Of a stretch of DNA of 64,000 bases, positions 46,832-57,251 are shown piece by piece. The first letter of the stretch is position 1. Each line of letters starts with the position of its first letter. A program made the translations under genes and the position numbers. The notes below the pieces were generated by a model that saw only the letters and a list, made by a program, of their open reading frames with translations, was not told where the DNA came from and did no database searches. This DNA is from a virus. Its lineage: Duplodnaviria; Caudoviricetes. The stretch lies in IMG/VR virus record IMGVR_UViG_3300042934_000565, positions 1,028 to 65,027 of that record. One strand, 5' to 3'.

Positions 46832-48424
46832 CTATTTTTGTTCGGCCTCGGTACCGTTACTTTCGTTGGTACGAGACTTGTTGTTGCTTTGGTTTCCCTC
46901 AGCGCCCTCAGAAGAATCACTCTTCTGGGAAGTCTGTAGCTTTGCAGCTTCCATCATCGCCCGCATCTGATCCTGGAAAGCCTTCTCAGCTTCCTTGTCG
47001 ATCTGGTCCTGGATGTCAGCGGGGAACTCGTACCCCAGCTTCTCCATTTCATCCCGGTAGTACTGAGCCGAAATGATCTTGCGGTCACGCATGTTGTTGA
47101 GTTCATTCAGCGTGGCAGCCCGATCCTGGGGCAGCTTTTCGCCGATTGCTGGAACTATATCACCCTCGAGCACTTCATCTTCGAAGACCTCATACCAAGT
47201 CTTCCAGTCGAAGAACAACTGAGTAAGCTTATCTAAGCCCGCCTGGTCGCGAGACTCAAGGCGAGCGAGGGTTGGCAGGAACTTGATGGCTAGGGCGATA
47301 CCCGACTGGGCAACTGTAGCCTCAACTTCACCGAGTGCCACATCGGTCAAACCCAGTGCTCGGTTAATGGAGCCTTCCAGGTAGTTGATGTTATCGATCG
47401 CCGGAGTGATGGATCCCACACCCTCGACTCGGCGGAAATAGGCTCCGGCAGGGACTTCCATCACCTTACCGGGAGCAACCTCCCAGTCGGCTTCGGTGGT
47501 ATTGCCGGCAGCGTCCTGAGTAATAGGTCGGCCACCATCGGTAGCATAAACGCCCAGGCCCTCGAGCGACAGGGCACCCGATACGTCAGTGCTGCTCTGG
47601 GAGATGACCTCAGTCAGTCGCTCCATACCGCGGAGTTCGGACGAGCCGTAGTCATCGCCGCCCCAGGCCTGATTCTTGAACCAGTAGATGGGGAGGTGCT
47701 GAATTCGTTCATCCAGGTAACCCTTTGGCAGAATGGTCTTGACCTTTTCGGCCTGCCCAGTGTCTTCCCCAGTCAGCCAGGACGTGTCCCTAATCGCCCA
47801 GATGGCCTCTTCGCGGCTGATACGCGGGGTCGAATCTGGGTCCTTCGGGTCTTCCCGCTCAATGCGGTACGTGAGTCGGTGAAGTCGCATTCGCTGCTCA
47901 GGATCATCCTTGAGCGCGGGCAGGTATGCCATCGCAATGTGGCAGCCGATCATCTTGTCCGGAACATCTTCGTCCCAGATCGGGAAGACATCCATCGGCT
48001 GAAGAACCGTCAGCGAGATTCGGTTATCCTTGGCCTTACGAGGGTTAGCGGTGAGATGGAAGATCCAATCACCCCGCGCAACTCCAGCGATCTTCGCCTC
48101 GTTGAAGCGAGAGTAGAAGGACTCGCGCTTGAGGAAGTTCTCGAGGATCTTCTTTGTCTTATCCTCAGTGCAGGTGATCTGAAGTCCCTTGAGCAGGAAG
48201 TGGGCCGTGGTATTAACGACCTTTCGAGCACTCGGGATATAAACCGGTTCTTCGCCCTCGAGTACGCGCAGTGCAAACTGTCGCGGATCGTTCCAGTACA
48301 TGTCGTCGTACTGGATATAGGCAGCGATTCGAGCTCGCTCTTCCGGGGGAATCCAGGTCATCGCCTGGTATGCAGTACCGACATACCCTTTAGTGGTAGA
48401 CCACTGGCTAGGTTCTGTACTCAT
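46832..48424 (-). CDS. Portal protein
   Basis: 530 aa directly after the terminase; YGSSEL, QSGIALAIK. Confidence 0.9.
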   Translation of the reverse strand: MSTEPSQWSTTKGYVGTAYQAMTWIPPEERARIAAYIQYDDMYWNDPRQFALRVLEGEEPVYIPSARKVVNTTAHFLLKGLQITCTEDKTKKILENFLKRESFYSRFNEAKIAGVARGDWIFHLTANPRKAKDNRISLTVLQPMDVFPIWDEDVPDKMIGCHIAMAYLPALKDDPEQRMRLHRLTYRIEREDPKDPDSTPRISREEAIWAIRDTSWLTGEDTGQAEKVKTILPKGYLDERIQHLPIYWFKNQAWGGDDYGSSELRGMERLTEVISQSSTDVSGALSLEGLGVYATDGGRPITQDAAGNTTEADWEVAPGKVMEVPAGAYFRRVEGVGSITPAIDNINYLEGSINRALGLTDVALGEVEATVAQSGIALAIKFLPTLARLESRDQAGLDKLTQLFFDWKTWYEVFEDEVLEGDIVPAIGEKLPQDRAATLNELNNMRDRKIISAQYYRDEMEKLGYEFPADIQDQIDKEAEKAFQDQMRAMMEAAKLQTSQKSDSSEGAEGNQSNNKSRTNESNGTEAEQK

Positions 48425-49830
48425 GCTGCAATCTTCCTCTTCCGAATTGAGCCCTGCCGGCTAATTCTACTACCAATCGTGGACAGTTTTTCCATGTGGC
48501 CCTTGAAGAATCGCCCGAGTGCTTCCGGTCCATGGTTATTGTCATCCATGGGGATTTCACTAGCGTTGCGATCTTGGTTACGATTCTCGGGCCAACGGTA
48601 ACCCTCTCGCATCTCCCAGATGAGACGATCACAGCTTCGATCGACCATCAGCATGGGCAGCTTGTCGGGGTCGTTATCATCCATGTAATCCGGCTTACGC
48701 TTGAGCGCAGAACGAATCAGCTGGAGTCGGGGGTTAATCTCGCCACCCGTATTTGCCCGAGTGGGTACCCCTACGTGGCGGCGAAGAATAGCCGCATCAT
48801 CAGGTGACGACGGGTCAACGTAGATGGCAAGAAGATTGCTGGCAAGGTGATGTTCCTTCATCTCCTTAGCGATGAGCTCAGTATCAGTGAACTTCCACCG
48901 CTTCTCGCCAATGACATACACCCGGTCGGTTTGGGGATCGATCTGAATCCAGAGCCAAACCCAGTCGTTGGTGTAACCGAAGTCGACGGCAGCAAAGAGG
49001 GGCCAGTCTCGTCGGTAGCTGATGTCCTTGACATGGATGTCGTCGTCCCATTCCTTCATCACGCGACCGCGCTTGAGGACGAACTCACCACCATACTGCC
49101 GACGGAACTCATCATCCGTAAGGTCTGCAGCAGCTTCGATAATCTCCGGGTCCTGTCGACCACCGGGGAAAACGTGAGTGTTAGTCCAGGAAGGAAGCTG
49201 CCATGACTTCCACTGGCTCATCACTGGATCCTGACCTCGAAGGTAAGCCCAGTAAAGCAGGTTATTTTCACTGACATCCTCAGGCACCCCACTCATCATG
49301 GAGAAACCTCGTTTGTCAGACAAGGCAGGTCGCACGTACTCGGTGAAGGTTCGTTTGAGATGTCGACCGGCCTCAGCTAGTAGCACGAAGTCAAGACCCT
49401 CACCGACCAAGCTATCGGGGTGCTGAGCGGATCGGCATTCAATCTCCCAGCCCCAGTTCGTGGCGATACGCATGTTACCGTTTTCCACGTTCTTGATGAA
49501 CTTGTTCGAGAGGGTATCGATGCCGAGGGCCTTGAACGTGTTGTAGATAACGCGGAATTCCTTCTCAGCATCACCATAGTTCGGCCCAATGATCCAGCCT
49601 CGCATCGGCTGGTTGATGTAATTCTTGACGAAGGCAGTAGCCTCAATCTCCTTACCCCCGAAGAGAGACTTACCCCACCGTCGTCCGTTGCAAAGCACGC
49701 GGTGTCGAGTGTTGTCGTAGTGCACCAGGCTCTGACCCGGGTGTGGACGATAGCCCGTTGCCTCGAACCACTTATCCTTACGGAACAGTCGGCCGTCGAC
49801 TAATGCCGGGATACTCGGCCCTCGTGCCAT
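48421..49830 (-). CDS. terL: Terminase large subunit
   Basis: GRRWGKS, LVGEGLDFVLLAEA, AVDFGY, NHGPEALG. Confidence 0.93.
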   Translation of the reverse strand: MARGPSIPALVDGRLFRKDKWFEATGYRPHPGQSLVHYDNTRHRVLCNGRRWGKSLFGGKEIEATAFVKNYINQPMRGWIIGPNYGDAEKEFRVIYNTFKALGIDTLSNKFIKNVENGNMRIATNWGWEIECRSAQHPDSLVGEGLDFVLLAEAGRHLKRTFTEYVRPALSDKRGFSMMSGVPEDVSENNLLYWAYLRGQDPVMSQWKSWQLPSWTNTHVFPGGRQDPEIIEAAADLTDDEFRRQYGGEFVLKRGRVMKEWDDDIHVKDISYRRDWPLFAAVDFGYTNDWVWLWIQIDPQTDRVYVIGEKRWKFTDTELIAKEMKEHHLASNLLAIYVDPSSPDDAAILRRHVGVPTRANTGGEINPRLQLIRSALKRKPDYMDDNDPDKLPMLMVDRSCDRLIWEMREGYRWPENRNQDRNASEIPMDDNNHGPEALGRFFKGHMEKLSTIGSRISRQGSIRKRKIAA

Positions 49831-49906
49831 TTGCCGACTCCTTATGATTTATCGTGCGCGTCGATTGAGGCGAATGTCGCGTTCTCTGCGTCTTCTCAGA
49901 GATATG

Positions 49907-50185
49907 CTATCGACGCGACTCGCGATATCGCAACCGCTCGATTCTCGCCAATTCCTGCTCGCGACGAACTCGCGCCGGATCTGGCTTAGGCACCTCGTCC
50001 GGATCGAAGTACTGGTTCCCATACCAGACTCCCGGATCGAGCGAGGCTCGGCTATCCTCTTCTTGTCCTGTCAGATAGCCGAGCCGAAGCTTGTCTGCGG
50101 GGGTGAGAGCATCAGTTCCTTTCGGGAACACGGTGTTGGGCATAACGCCCCCACCCTCGTATTCTGTGCGATCCTCCACACCCAT
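49907..50185 (-). CDS. Hypothetical protein
   Basis: AAGGAG RBS after the holin. Confidence 0.6.
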   Translation of the reverse strand: MGVEDRTEYEGGGVMPNTVFPKGTDALTPADKLRLGYLTGQEEDSRASLDPGVWYGNQYFDPDEVPKPDPARVRREQELARIERLRYRESRR

Positions 50186-50194
50186 GACAGCTCC

Positions 50195-50470
50195 TTACTT
50201 GCCCGTGATCGAAGCGGGAGCGAGGTAGGTTGCCCCACCCACCAGGCCGGTCGCAACGATGGTGGCGATGGCGATGGTCACCCACTCCTGGCCGGTCACG
50301 ACGTTGTCGGTGATGGCAACGCCGAGAGCACCGAGGAATGCGACCGCGATGGTGGCCACCGTAGCAGCCACGGCCTTCGCCGGACCGAGGTCGACCTGGT
50401 CAGATGCGGAGCTGACCGTCTCACCGGCGACGAGCGAAACCTTCTCGCCGTTCACATCGTAATTCGTCAT
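50195..50470 (-). CDS. Holin
   Basis: Two TM helices, KAVAA...VTGQEWV; lysis cassette. Confidence 0.75.
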   Translation of the reverse strand: MTNYDVNGEKVSLVAGETVSSASDQVDLGPAKAVAATVATIAVAFLGALGVAITDNVVTGQEWVTIAIATIVATGLVGGATYLAPASITGK

Positions 50471-50479
50471 CTCTGTTCC

Positions 50480-51208
50480 TTACTGGTTGGGCCGGCAGAT
50501 GTAGGCCGGCTGCGGGTCCCCATTGGGGTCTTCGGGATTCTCCGTGTATTCAACATATACGAGGGCCAGGGTAGAGCCTTCGGGGCAGGTAGGCCCTGCC
50601 GGACCAGTGGCACCGGGTTCGCCCTGAGCACCAGCCGGTCCAGGTTCACCCTGAGGGCCAGCGGGACCAGCAGCGCCAGGCTCACCGGGTACACCTTGAG
50701 GACCTTGTGGCCCCTGAGCGCCATCCACACCATCCGAGCCTGCTTCGCCAGTGACACCAGGCAATCCCTCGGGACCCATCGGACCCATAGCCCCAGGAGG
50801 GCCCTGGAAGCCCCTCTGACCCTGAGGGCCAGCAGGACCTGTTATCTCCTCAGGATCAACCGGCCTAGGTTCGTCCGGAATTTCACCGGGGATAGCATTG
50901 ATCTGGTCGTACAACTCTTGGCCCGTACGGGTCAGTTCGACGATGATCTCGTCCTGAGCCTCGTTGCGATCGATCTGTTCCGCTAGCTCAGTATTGAGGT
51001 GGGCATTGCGTGCGGTCAGGTTTGCGATGAACCATCCCGTTACAGCAAACATGCCCAAGAGAACGATTACGGCGATGGCGTAGGGCCACAAGACCTTGGT
51101 TGTCTGAGGCGTCTCATACGTCGCGGCCACAATAGCTCCAGGCGAGGTATCGACGACGGTCAGGTGACCAGGGTCGAGCTGGTCCTCGCCGTCGTTGGCT
51201 TTGGTCAT
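50480..51208 (-). CDS. Membrane-anchored collagen-like protein
   Basis: TM helix, coiled coil, long Gly-X-Y run, CPEG...C tail. Confidence 0.8.
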   Translation of the reverse strand: MTKANDGEDQLDPGHLTVVDTSPGAIVAATYETPQTTKVLWPYAIAVIVLLGMFAVTGWFIANLTARNAHLNTELAEQIDRNEAQDEIIVELTRTGQELYDQINAIPGEIPDEPRPVDPEEITGPAGPQGQRGFQGPPGAMGPMGPEGLPGVTGEAGSDGVDGAQGPQGPQGVPGEPGAAGPAGPQGEPGPAGAQGEPGATGPAGPTCPEGSTLALVYVEYTENPEDPNGDPQPAYICRPNQ

Positions 51209-51567
51209 GGGGTTCCTCCCGGTAGAAAGCGCATTAGATAGTTTAGCGCTACCGTTCCGATGATTAATATCCACTGCCAGTTGGTCGCGCTTTGAACCCT
51301 CTGCCTCGACTGGGCTTCCGCCAGTGCCTTAGCCGCGGCTGCAGTTTCGGCGGCCTGTCGAGCTGTGCTTTCCGCCTGTATGTCTAATCGGAGTTGGGCT
51401 ATATCTTCAGTTTTTCGGCGTAGCTCGTCATTCACCCGAGTTCGTTCATCTCGGAAGGTATCCTTTGTCACCAGGTCCCTGAGGGTCTCGTCCATTCCCT
51501 CGAACCGACGAATCATCTCCGCCTGGAACATCTTCATCCAGAGTGGAGCATGCTCCTCATCAGCCAT
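51205..51567 (-). CDS. Coiled-coil membrane protein of the lysis cassette
   Basis: C-terminal TM helix WQWILIIGTVALNYL. Confidence 0.7.
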   Translation of the reverse strand: MADEEHAPLWMKMFQAEMIRRFEGMDETLRDLVTKDTFRDERTRVNDELRRKTEDIAQLRLDIQAESTARQAAETAAAAKALAEAQSRQRVQSATNWQWILIIGTVALNYLMRFLPGGTP

Positions 51568-51590
51568 GATGACTGTGAACCTTTCTACTG

Positions 51591-53369
51591 TTACTGGCTC
51601 AGCAGCTCGTCAATCTGATGTCCCCACTCTTCCAACTGACTCCGCGGAACTTCCACGAGAACATCGGGTTCGGGTTCAACAACCGGCGGTTCGCCAGTCG
51701 CAGGATCAAGCTTGCCGGTGTGGAACATCTCGGCGTACTGCCGGACCATGTCCACCTTGATTTCGGAGCAGGAGGTCGCATAGAACTCCTTATGGAGGCG
51801 AAGAGCCTCTGCTCGAAGCGAGGGGTTCAGGTGCTCGATGATGTACGTCAGGTAGCCGATGGTCTTGTAACCATGGTTGCTGACCGAGGTCGTGATGAGA
51901 GGGTCGCACTCGCACTTCCAGGCGAACGGGTTTCGCTGACCCGTGGTGAGAGCGATCTTGGCGAGAGGCATGGTCTTCGTGATTCGACCTGCGGAACCCA
52001 CGAAGTTTGCACCGACATCGGGGGTACGGTTCAGGTAGTCGACGTTGCCATCGTGCGATCCCCCCTGACCGGGAAGGTTCCACCAGTGGAGGTGACCCTC
52101 GATGGGGTTGTACGGAGTCTTGTAGTAGTTCTGGAGGTTGAGGTTCCACTGCGACGACGAGAGGAACTGAGCGTCGAACTTCTCTTCGTAACGGATCCAC
52201 GAGGGGAAGTGCTCGAAGGTCGGTTCGATCAACTTGGGAGTGGCTGAAGCCTCATCCGCCGTTGGGGGAGTCGGATCCGGCTTGACGACGGGCGGAACGA
52301 TATCGGTCCAGGCCTTGGCCCATGTCAGCGGCCCGATCTTGCCATCTGCCGATAGTCCGGTGGTAGTCTGCAGTGTCTTGGCTGCTCGACCCGTATAGGT
52401 GTCCGTCGAGTTCGACCCCTTAGGCCCGTAATAACCATCAGCCCCGTCGGGACCGAGGTCGAAGCCCTTGGCAATCATCTGCGCCTGCCACTGCTTGAGT
52501 TCAGCGTTGAACGAGTACCAGCCGGAGATGGAGTCGTCACCGCCCTGCTCGGGACCGAAGTACTGGTGAGGCTGCAGCGGGAAGGCCGGAGTACCAGGGG
52601 CGGGCGTTGGGGTGATGAACAGCTTGGAGTCGGTGGCAGGACCGTAGATCGCATCGGGATCGAGATCGTTGGCAAGCTGGGCGATGTACGTCTTCCAAGA
52701 CGTCTCGTTACCCCACTGTCCGTCGACCTTGGCGTTGATCCGCTTCTGGATCTCTTCGACGGACCGTGAGACGGAGTCGAGCTTGCGACCCGCCTTGATT
52801 TCTACTGCAACCGATGTGGTGTTCGGTCCGAAGATGCCGTCACTGGGGAGCTGAACGGAGCTCTGGAAGGAGCGTGTCGCAGCATCCGACATCGGCCCCC
52901 AGCCGTTGCCGACTCCGCCGGTGTCGTAACCGAGCGAAACCAGGAACTGCTGCTTCTCGGTATCGGACCACATGCTCGAGCCGGTGCCGCCCCCGACCAC
53001 TCGCTGCGGATCGAAGAACTGCCAGTAGCCGGCCGTGGTCGCATGACCAGCGACTTCGGAGTGAAGGTGGGGACCGGTAACGCGTTCGCCGAGGTCGCCC
53101 GTGAAACCCAGCTGACTGGACTCGTTGACCCAGTCGCCGACGTTTGGGCAGCCATTGTGGCTGTTCATGTGGTGGTAGCCGACGAGGGCCCCTGTGTCGT
53201 ACTGCACCCAAATGTAGTACCCACCGCGGGGGTTCTTGCTCTTGGTCTTGACCTGACCATGACCAGAGGCGCGGAAAATGGTACCCTTAGGTACAGGGAA
53301 GTCGACGCCAGAGTGCCCGTCATAGGTATGGGGGTTGTTGAACGGCATAGGAAGTCTTGGCATGACCAT
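51591..53369 (-). CDS. Endolysin: M23 peptidase, peptidoglycan-binding repeats, amidase-like C-terminal domain
   Basis: HSGVDF and TGPHLH; DGIFGPNT/DGKIGPLT repeats; HLHWW...HKEFYATSC. Confidence 0.9.
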   Translation of the reverse strand: MVMPRLPMPFNNPHTYDGHSGVDFPVPKGTIFRASGHGQVKTKSKNPRGGYYIWVQYDTGALVGYHHMNSHNGCPNVGDWVNESSQLGFTGDLGERVTGPHLHSEVAGHATTAGYWQFFDPQRVVGGGTGSSMWSDTEKQQFLVSLGYDTGGVGNGWGPMSDAATRSFQSSVQLPSDGIFGPNTTSVAVEIKAGRKLDSVSRSVEEIQKRINAKVDGQWGNETSWKTYIAQLANDLDPDAIYGPATDSKLFITPTPAPGTPAFPLQPHQYFGPEQGGDDSISGWYSFNAELKQWQAQMIAKGFDLGPDGADGYYGPKGSNSTDTYTGRAAKTLQTTTGLSADGKIGPLTWAKAWTDIVPPVVKPDPTPPTADEASATPKLIEPTFEHFPSWIRYEEKFDAQFLSSSQWNLNLQNYYKTPYNPIEGHLHWWNLPGQGGSHDGNVDYLNRTPDVGANFVGSAGRITKTMPLAKIALTTGQRNPFAWKCECDPLITTSVSNHGYKTIGYLTYIIEHLNPSLRAEALRLHKEFYATSCSEIKVDMVRQYAEMFHTGKLDPATGEPPVVEPEPDVLVEVPRSQLEEWGHQIDELLSQ

Positions 53370-53412
53370 CTCCTTAATTCCCCACTCATCCTATCACGAG
53401 TAGGGAGGAGGA

Positions 53413-53757
53413 TCAATACCAGGTCGGTACTATGTCACCATCCACTAAGCTAACCACCAGATGATGCTTGAGCGGCGTTCTGTTCCTCATATCGAAGCGC
53501 GATGGCCCCACACCACCAGCAGGATGGGTGTGCCAAAGTGCCACCGACTCATCGATCCACTGTATCGGAATATCGAGAGCCAGGATCATCTCCTTAAGCT
53601 CTTGCATATCGACTGCGAATGAATCGCGGGGCGACTCTGAAGTATTCGTCAGGGAGTAAACCAGGCCTCCTGCGATGATTCCCACCGCTTCATTAGGGGC
53701 GGCTTGCAATGCATGGAGGTGCAGAGCAGCTTTAACCGGCCCCGACAGCTCGATCAT
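53413..53757 (-). CDS. Stand-alone JAB/MPN+ (JAMM) metallopeptidase
   Basis: NEAVG...WHTHPAGGVGPSRFD = E..HxHx7SxxD. Confidence 0.9.
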   Translation of the reverse strand: MIELSGPVKAALHLHALQAAPNEAVGIIAGGLVYSLTNTSESPRDSFAVDMQELKEMILALDIPIQWIDESVALWHTHPAGGVGPSRFDMRNRTPLKHHLVVSLVDGDIVPTWY

Positions 53758-54071
53758 CCCTGGCCCGAGAAGATGCGAATGATGTCCTTGGAGTCAAGGA
53801 TCGGGCGATTCACTCCGTCGAACGAGATCGTTTTTTCGGAGAGTATTTCGACAAGTGTGGCGAAAGCTCTCGCTTCTGGAGATGGCCCGGGCTGCGGCGC
53901 ACCCAGACTTGCACGCTCTCGTGGTGCTTCGCGCCGAGCTGGCGGACCTGGCTTGAGGGGGACAAGGTTGTCGCTAACGGGGTTGAAGACATGGTTCTTA
54001 TCTCCATGATTCTCTCGAGTTGTTTCGCATACCAGGCACATCTCATCGGGGCTTAATGGTGCGTCGGTCAT
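53754..54071 (-). CDS. Hypothetical protein
   Basis: CLVC...H...H motif; coupled on both sides. Confidence 0.65.
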   Translation of the reverse strand: MTDAPLSPDEMCLVCETTRENHGDKNHVFNPVSDNLVPLKPGPPARREAPRERASLGAPQPGPSPEARAFATLVEILSEKTISFDGVNRPILDSKDIIRIFSGQG

Positions 54072-54862
54072 CCCGCTTCATCCCATTCTTCTTCTTCGGC
54101 GGCTGCATTAGCCAGCTCCATCGTGAGGCCGGGCAGGTGACCGACCATGTAGTTGCCAGTGGCCATCTCGGCGGGGTTCACCATGACGGAACCGAGGATC
54201 GCCTGCAGCTTAACCGAGACGTCGTTCTCGACGCGCTGGGTGGGCTTACCGACAACGTGCTCGATCAAGAACTGAGCAGCCTGAAGCTTCGTCGATGCAG
54301 CCACTAGAGGACGACCCCGGTTATCCGTAGAGTCATCATTCAGGATGGACTGAACCACCGTGATAGCATCCACCGTAGCGACTCGCATGCCCGTCTTGAC
54401 AACAGATTTGAATCGATCCATGGCCTCTTCATAAATCTCACCGGAGATATACGCAGGCTTCGGGCCTCGGAACGATCCATCACGATTACGAGGGCGGCCT
54501 CGAGCCAGTTCCTCAGCATCCCACTCGCTCAGGGGCTTGCGGAACTTGATCTCTTTCTCGACGTCGGACAGGTTCATCTTCTTGGCGAAGGCATCCTGAG
54601 CCCGCTTCTGTCGGCGGTATATCTGCTGCTTGTTGAGGCGGTATCCCTCAGGCGACATCGGAGCGGCATCCTCATCGCGCCACCGACCAGTGGCATGCTG
54701 CAAGTAGTCCTCAGCCGCGCTGAAGTCGACTGTTTGGATCTTCGCTGTCCTTGCCGCCAACGCTGATTCTTGTAACCTTGACAGCTCGAGCTGCAGGGCT
54801 TTCCCCGCTAGCCGTGCCCGCTTCAGTTCCTGGGGCAGTTCGCTGAACTCCTTGACCGGCAT
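54068..54862 (-). CDS. Terminase small subunit-like protein
   Basis: RGRPRNRDGSF; KLQAAQFLIEHVVGKPTQRVE is typical of TerS-like proteins. Confidence 0.55.
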   Translation of the reverse strand: MPVKEFSELPQELKRARLAGKALQLELSRLQESALAARTAKIQTVDFSAAEDYLQHATGRWRDEDAAPMSPEGYRLNKQQIYRRQKRAQDAFAKKMNLSDVEKEIKFRKPLSEWDAEELARGRPRNRDGSFRGPKPAYISGEIYEEAMDRFKSVVKTGMRVATVDAITVVQSILNDDSTDNRGRPLVAASTKLQAAQFLIEHVVGKPTQRVENDVSVKLQAILGSVMVNPAEMATGNYMVGHLPGLTMELANAAAEEEEWDEAG

Positions 54863-55164
54863 AGGGTTGTTCCACCTTAGGCTTGGGATCTACATGAGCT
54901 CGAGTCTCATCGGATCGAAGTCGGGTTCTTAGTTGACCCTGGGTTGTGGTCACAGAATGTTGAACCGAGCTGACGATGCTTCGTACTCGCACCATCTCCT
55001 GTTCGAGGTAGATGACTCGCTGGTGCATGAAAAACACCAGGGTGAGAGTCACCGCCTGAAGAACCAGTGCGATAATGACCAGCAGCATCAGAGTGTCCAT
55101 CGCCATCCCTTTCTCGTAAACCTTATCACTCGAGGGCCGTAAGAAGCAACCTAATCGCCCTCGA

Positions 55165-55512
55165 TTATGCTTCGATCATTTTCCCACTGATCATGTCAGG
55201 GAATCGCAGTGACATCCGTGCCCCCATAGGAGACAGCTCCTGCATCGCGTCATGCAGCAAATGATCGACGCCGTGCTGTCGGGCGATGTTTCTGATGAGG
55301 TCAAACTCAAATGGGAAGTACCCCGTAGCGGCGGGCGGCAAAACCACATGGAGATAGCCTAGGAACCAGCGAAGTTCCCCCCATCGGTTGTAGGCATGTA
55401 CCCTCTTGTCGATCTTGATCTCGGCCTCCTCCACCAGATGGTCGATGTGTTCCATCGTGATCTGGTGTCCAACATCGAGGGCGAGGTGAATCTTGTCCAG
55501 AGTATCAGTCAT
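55165..55512 (-). CDS. Hypothetical protein
   Basis: AGGAG RBS, 115 aa. Confidence 0.6.
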   Translation of the reverse strand: MTDTLDKIHLALDVGHQITMEHIDHLVEEAEIKIDKRVHAYNRWGELRWFLGYLHVVLPPAATGYFPFEFDLIRNIARQHGVDHLLHDAMQELSPMGARMSLRFPDMISGKMIEA

Positions 55513-56375
55513 CGATCTCTCCTAGCAATCTCAGTAGTGCTTCGACTTCGGTGGCGAGGATCTCCCGAGAGCGACCCAAGCTGATCGTGCGACGTACTTC
55601 CTTGCACTGCTCTTCAACCATGAGGCGCCAGTCCATGGCCTTGAGCTCAGGAGTCATGCGCTTGAGTCGCATTGCTCCGTCTGCTCGCGTCGGCAGATAC
55701 CGAACAGCCTCGTAACTGCCCAACATACCGCCGACGTATTGCTGCAATCGTTCCTTAAGACTCATCGAGGAACTCCCTGTCCTGACCCTTACCCGGATAC
55801 TCGTTCCGCTGGGCGATGATCTGGACTGCCATGAAGTCATCATATGCCCGATAGGTCTCAGCCACGAAGTTCGCCCACCGGTAGGCTTCCTTCTGGGTAA
55901 CAAAGGAGCGATTCCACTTCTTGGCTTTGCCATTTGTCCAGGCATACCAAGCTTTGGTCTTATCTGTCCTCATCTGATGGGGCAGTCGACGAACGAACCA
56001 TCGACCTCCTCGTACCGGAGGGCGCTGATACTTACGAGGGCTGAATGGGGCTCGGAATGCGTGCCGAGTCCAACCTCCCCCGTTCCACCAGCCCTGGTAG
56101 ATCATGGTGCTACCATCGAGCTCTTTAACCTTGGTAGCTCGAGGGCGCCAGTCATTCGCCACCATTGGTAGCAGCCTCTCGCTTTGCCTCGATTTCGACG
56201 ATCTGCTGATCGACCCAGGCTGCTGCCTTGGCAGAGGTGGTGAAGCGCTGATTCGCCCAACCTCGGGCAGAATGCAGCGCCCGTGAGTCAGTTGTGTGGA
56301 GCATGCGAGCGATCTTGAATCGACCCCTGAGCGCATACATGGCGATAGCGAATCGGTCTTCCGGTGTGATGGTCA

Positions 56376-56537
56376 TTACTTCTCCTCCTTGAGGAATCGC
56401 AGTTGTTGCCGGTATACTGACCGTTGTGTATCATCCGTGTCGATGATCCAGAACTTACCGTCCAGATAACCCTCGACTTTAACCTTGCGACCTCTGAAGA
56501 TCGCATACCGTGGGATATTGGTTTCATCGATGATCAT
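56376..56537 (-). CDS. Small hypothetical protein, leaderless
   Basis: ATG 7 nt from the promoter TTGACT N17 TATGAT (56544-56572). Confidence 0.65.
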   Translation of the reverse strand: MIIDETNIPRYAIFRGRKVKVEGYLDGKFWIIDTDDTQRSVYRQQLRFLKEEK

Positions 56538-56576
56538 GCTTCCATCATATCGACAATGCAGTACCAAGTCAAAGCT

Positions 56577-57251
56577 TTATAACCCCATGGATACTCGGAT
56601 TTTATCCACCTCAAGCCAGAGTTCGTGGCTACCGCCGGTATCGGGGTGGGCATTGCGCTGTGCGCGCCTCAGCAGCTTCTTGTCCTCGATCTCAGTAGGC
56701 CATTCCACACCAGCGATCTTGGCGAGTCGTATACGCCGGGCCTGCCGAGTACTAGGGCCGCCCATCCTGTCAGCCTGCTCTTTGAGCCGAGCAAACTCTT
56801 CATTGAGTTTCTCCCAAACCCGTCTGGCATCCTCATTCTCTTGCTGGCGGTCTCGTTCTGCTTTGGCTCTGGCTCTGGCCTGGGCCTCTCGAACCTTCTC
56901 TTCTCGTTCTTTCCGCAGTCGCTCTTGTTCCTGCTGAGCAGTACGAGCCTTTTCACTCTCAAACCAGTAGGGGTCAAACGTGGGTCGGTATCGTCGTTGC
57001 TCCTCCCGATCCATAGCCTCCCACCGCTTGCGGTAACTCTCGCGCTGACTCGGCGTATGACCGAGGATGCGTCTACCTATGTTTATCAGGTCATCATCCG
57101 TCAGCGGAACGTACTGCGTTATTCTGCGACCTCGCTCATCGAACAGCTCGATCTTAACCATGCGATACGTATTACCACGACGGTTGGGACCATAACCATT
57201 GTCAAACTGATCACGGATGAAGTTCTCGAAGAGGTAGTCGTCCTCGTTCAC
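56577..57251 (-). CDS. Protein with C-terminal J-domain-like HPD motif
   Basis: LLRRAQRNAHPDTGGSHELW after a coiled coil. Confidence 0.75.
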   Translation of the reverse strand: MNEDDYLFENFIRDQFDNGYGPNRRGNTYRMVKIELFDERGRRITQYVPLTDDDLINIGRRILGHTPSQRESYRKRWEAMDREEQRRYRPTFDPYWFESEKARTAQQEQERLRKEREEKVREAQARARAKAERDRQQENEDARRVWEKLNEEFARLKEQADRMGGPSTRQARRIRLAKIAGVEWPTEIEDKKLLRRAQRNAHPDTGGSHELWLEVDKIRVSMGL

